A stretch of 64,000 bases of DNA from positions 21,578,001-21,642,000 of the forward strand of contig NC_058383.1 in the NCBI RefSeq assembly GCF_018350175.1. Direction: 5' to 3'. The translations under genes and the position numbers were made by a program. Below the pieces are notes generated by a model. The model searched no databases, had not been told where the DNA came from, and saw only the letters and a program-made list of their open reading frames with translations. This DNA comes from Felis catus (lineage: Eukaryota). Of this stretch, positions 63,657 through 64,000 are shown one piece after another (position 1 is the stretch's first letter; each line of letters begins with the position of its first letter).

Positions 63657-63734
63657 CTGCTGGTCTTGCTGCTGCCGGTTCCCAGAAGGCACGCTTCTCT
63701 GACTCTGCGCCCTTTGCTGCTGCGCTAACAATCG
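63657..63734 (-). CDS. TNRC6A: TNRC6A Q-rich exon ([26 protein letters not shown])
   Basis: 78 nt, phase 0-0, tctcccctccag acceptor, GTAGAT donor; the gene continues beyond the window. Confidence 0.97.
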
Positions 63735-64000
63735 CTGGAGGGGAGATGGCGAAAAGGCCGTCAGCGTCTCGTCAGAGTCGTGTCATAGAGCAAGCTTCGG
63801 GATGGCTGCAGGTGGACCTAAGGCGTGGCCTCATCTCGCGTACCCTCCTCCTGGGGCTCCCTGGACTCAAGCCGTTGTTGAATTCGGTCTTTGGTTCGGT
63901 CTAAACTACTTGCGCTTCGGGAGGGACATGTGCCCACCCACCCTCCCCGCCCCCATCCCACTCCCTCTGCCATCCCAGATCCGACTGGGTGGTGCTCGAA

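Overview
Mammalian genomic DNA, almost certainly a felid such as the domestic cat (dozens of Can-SINE/SINEC_Fc elements and a felid-type L1). Two genes lie on the minus strand in the same order as human 16p12.1. (1) The 3' part of TNRC6A/GW182: 10 coding exons from 63734 down to the stop at 43623, 1638 nt = 545 aa + stop, all GT-AG and phase-consistent, followed by a ~2.5 kb 3'UTR with two AATAAA signals. (2) The 5' part of SLC5A11 (SGLT6/SMIT2): 4 coding exons, residues 1-124, with candidate non-coding first exons at ~20.4 and ~22.6 kb. The intergenic interval is rich in repeats (SINEs, a TSD-flanked L1, LTRs, L2) and holds a ~3.7 kb (CCAT)n-type array that accounts for the two spurious >1200-aa ORFs. 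The most interesting observations are: a site in the GW182 3'UTR complementary to miR-130a at 19/22 nt; 40 nt away, a miR-30 site that can pair the 3' ends of both miR-30 sub-groups (candidate slicing or target-directed miRNA degradation module); and a candidate internal promoter and first exon that would splice in frame to give a silencing-domain-only GW182 with a hydrophobic N-terminus. miRNA sequences and repeat family names are recalled, not searched, and need checking. There are no prokaryotic features.
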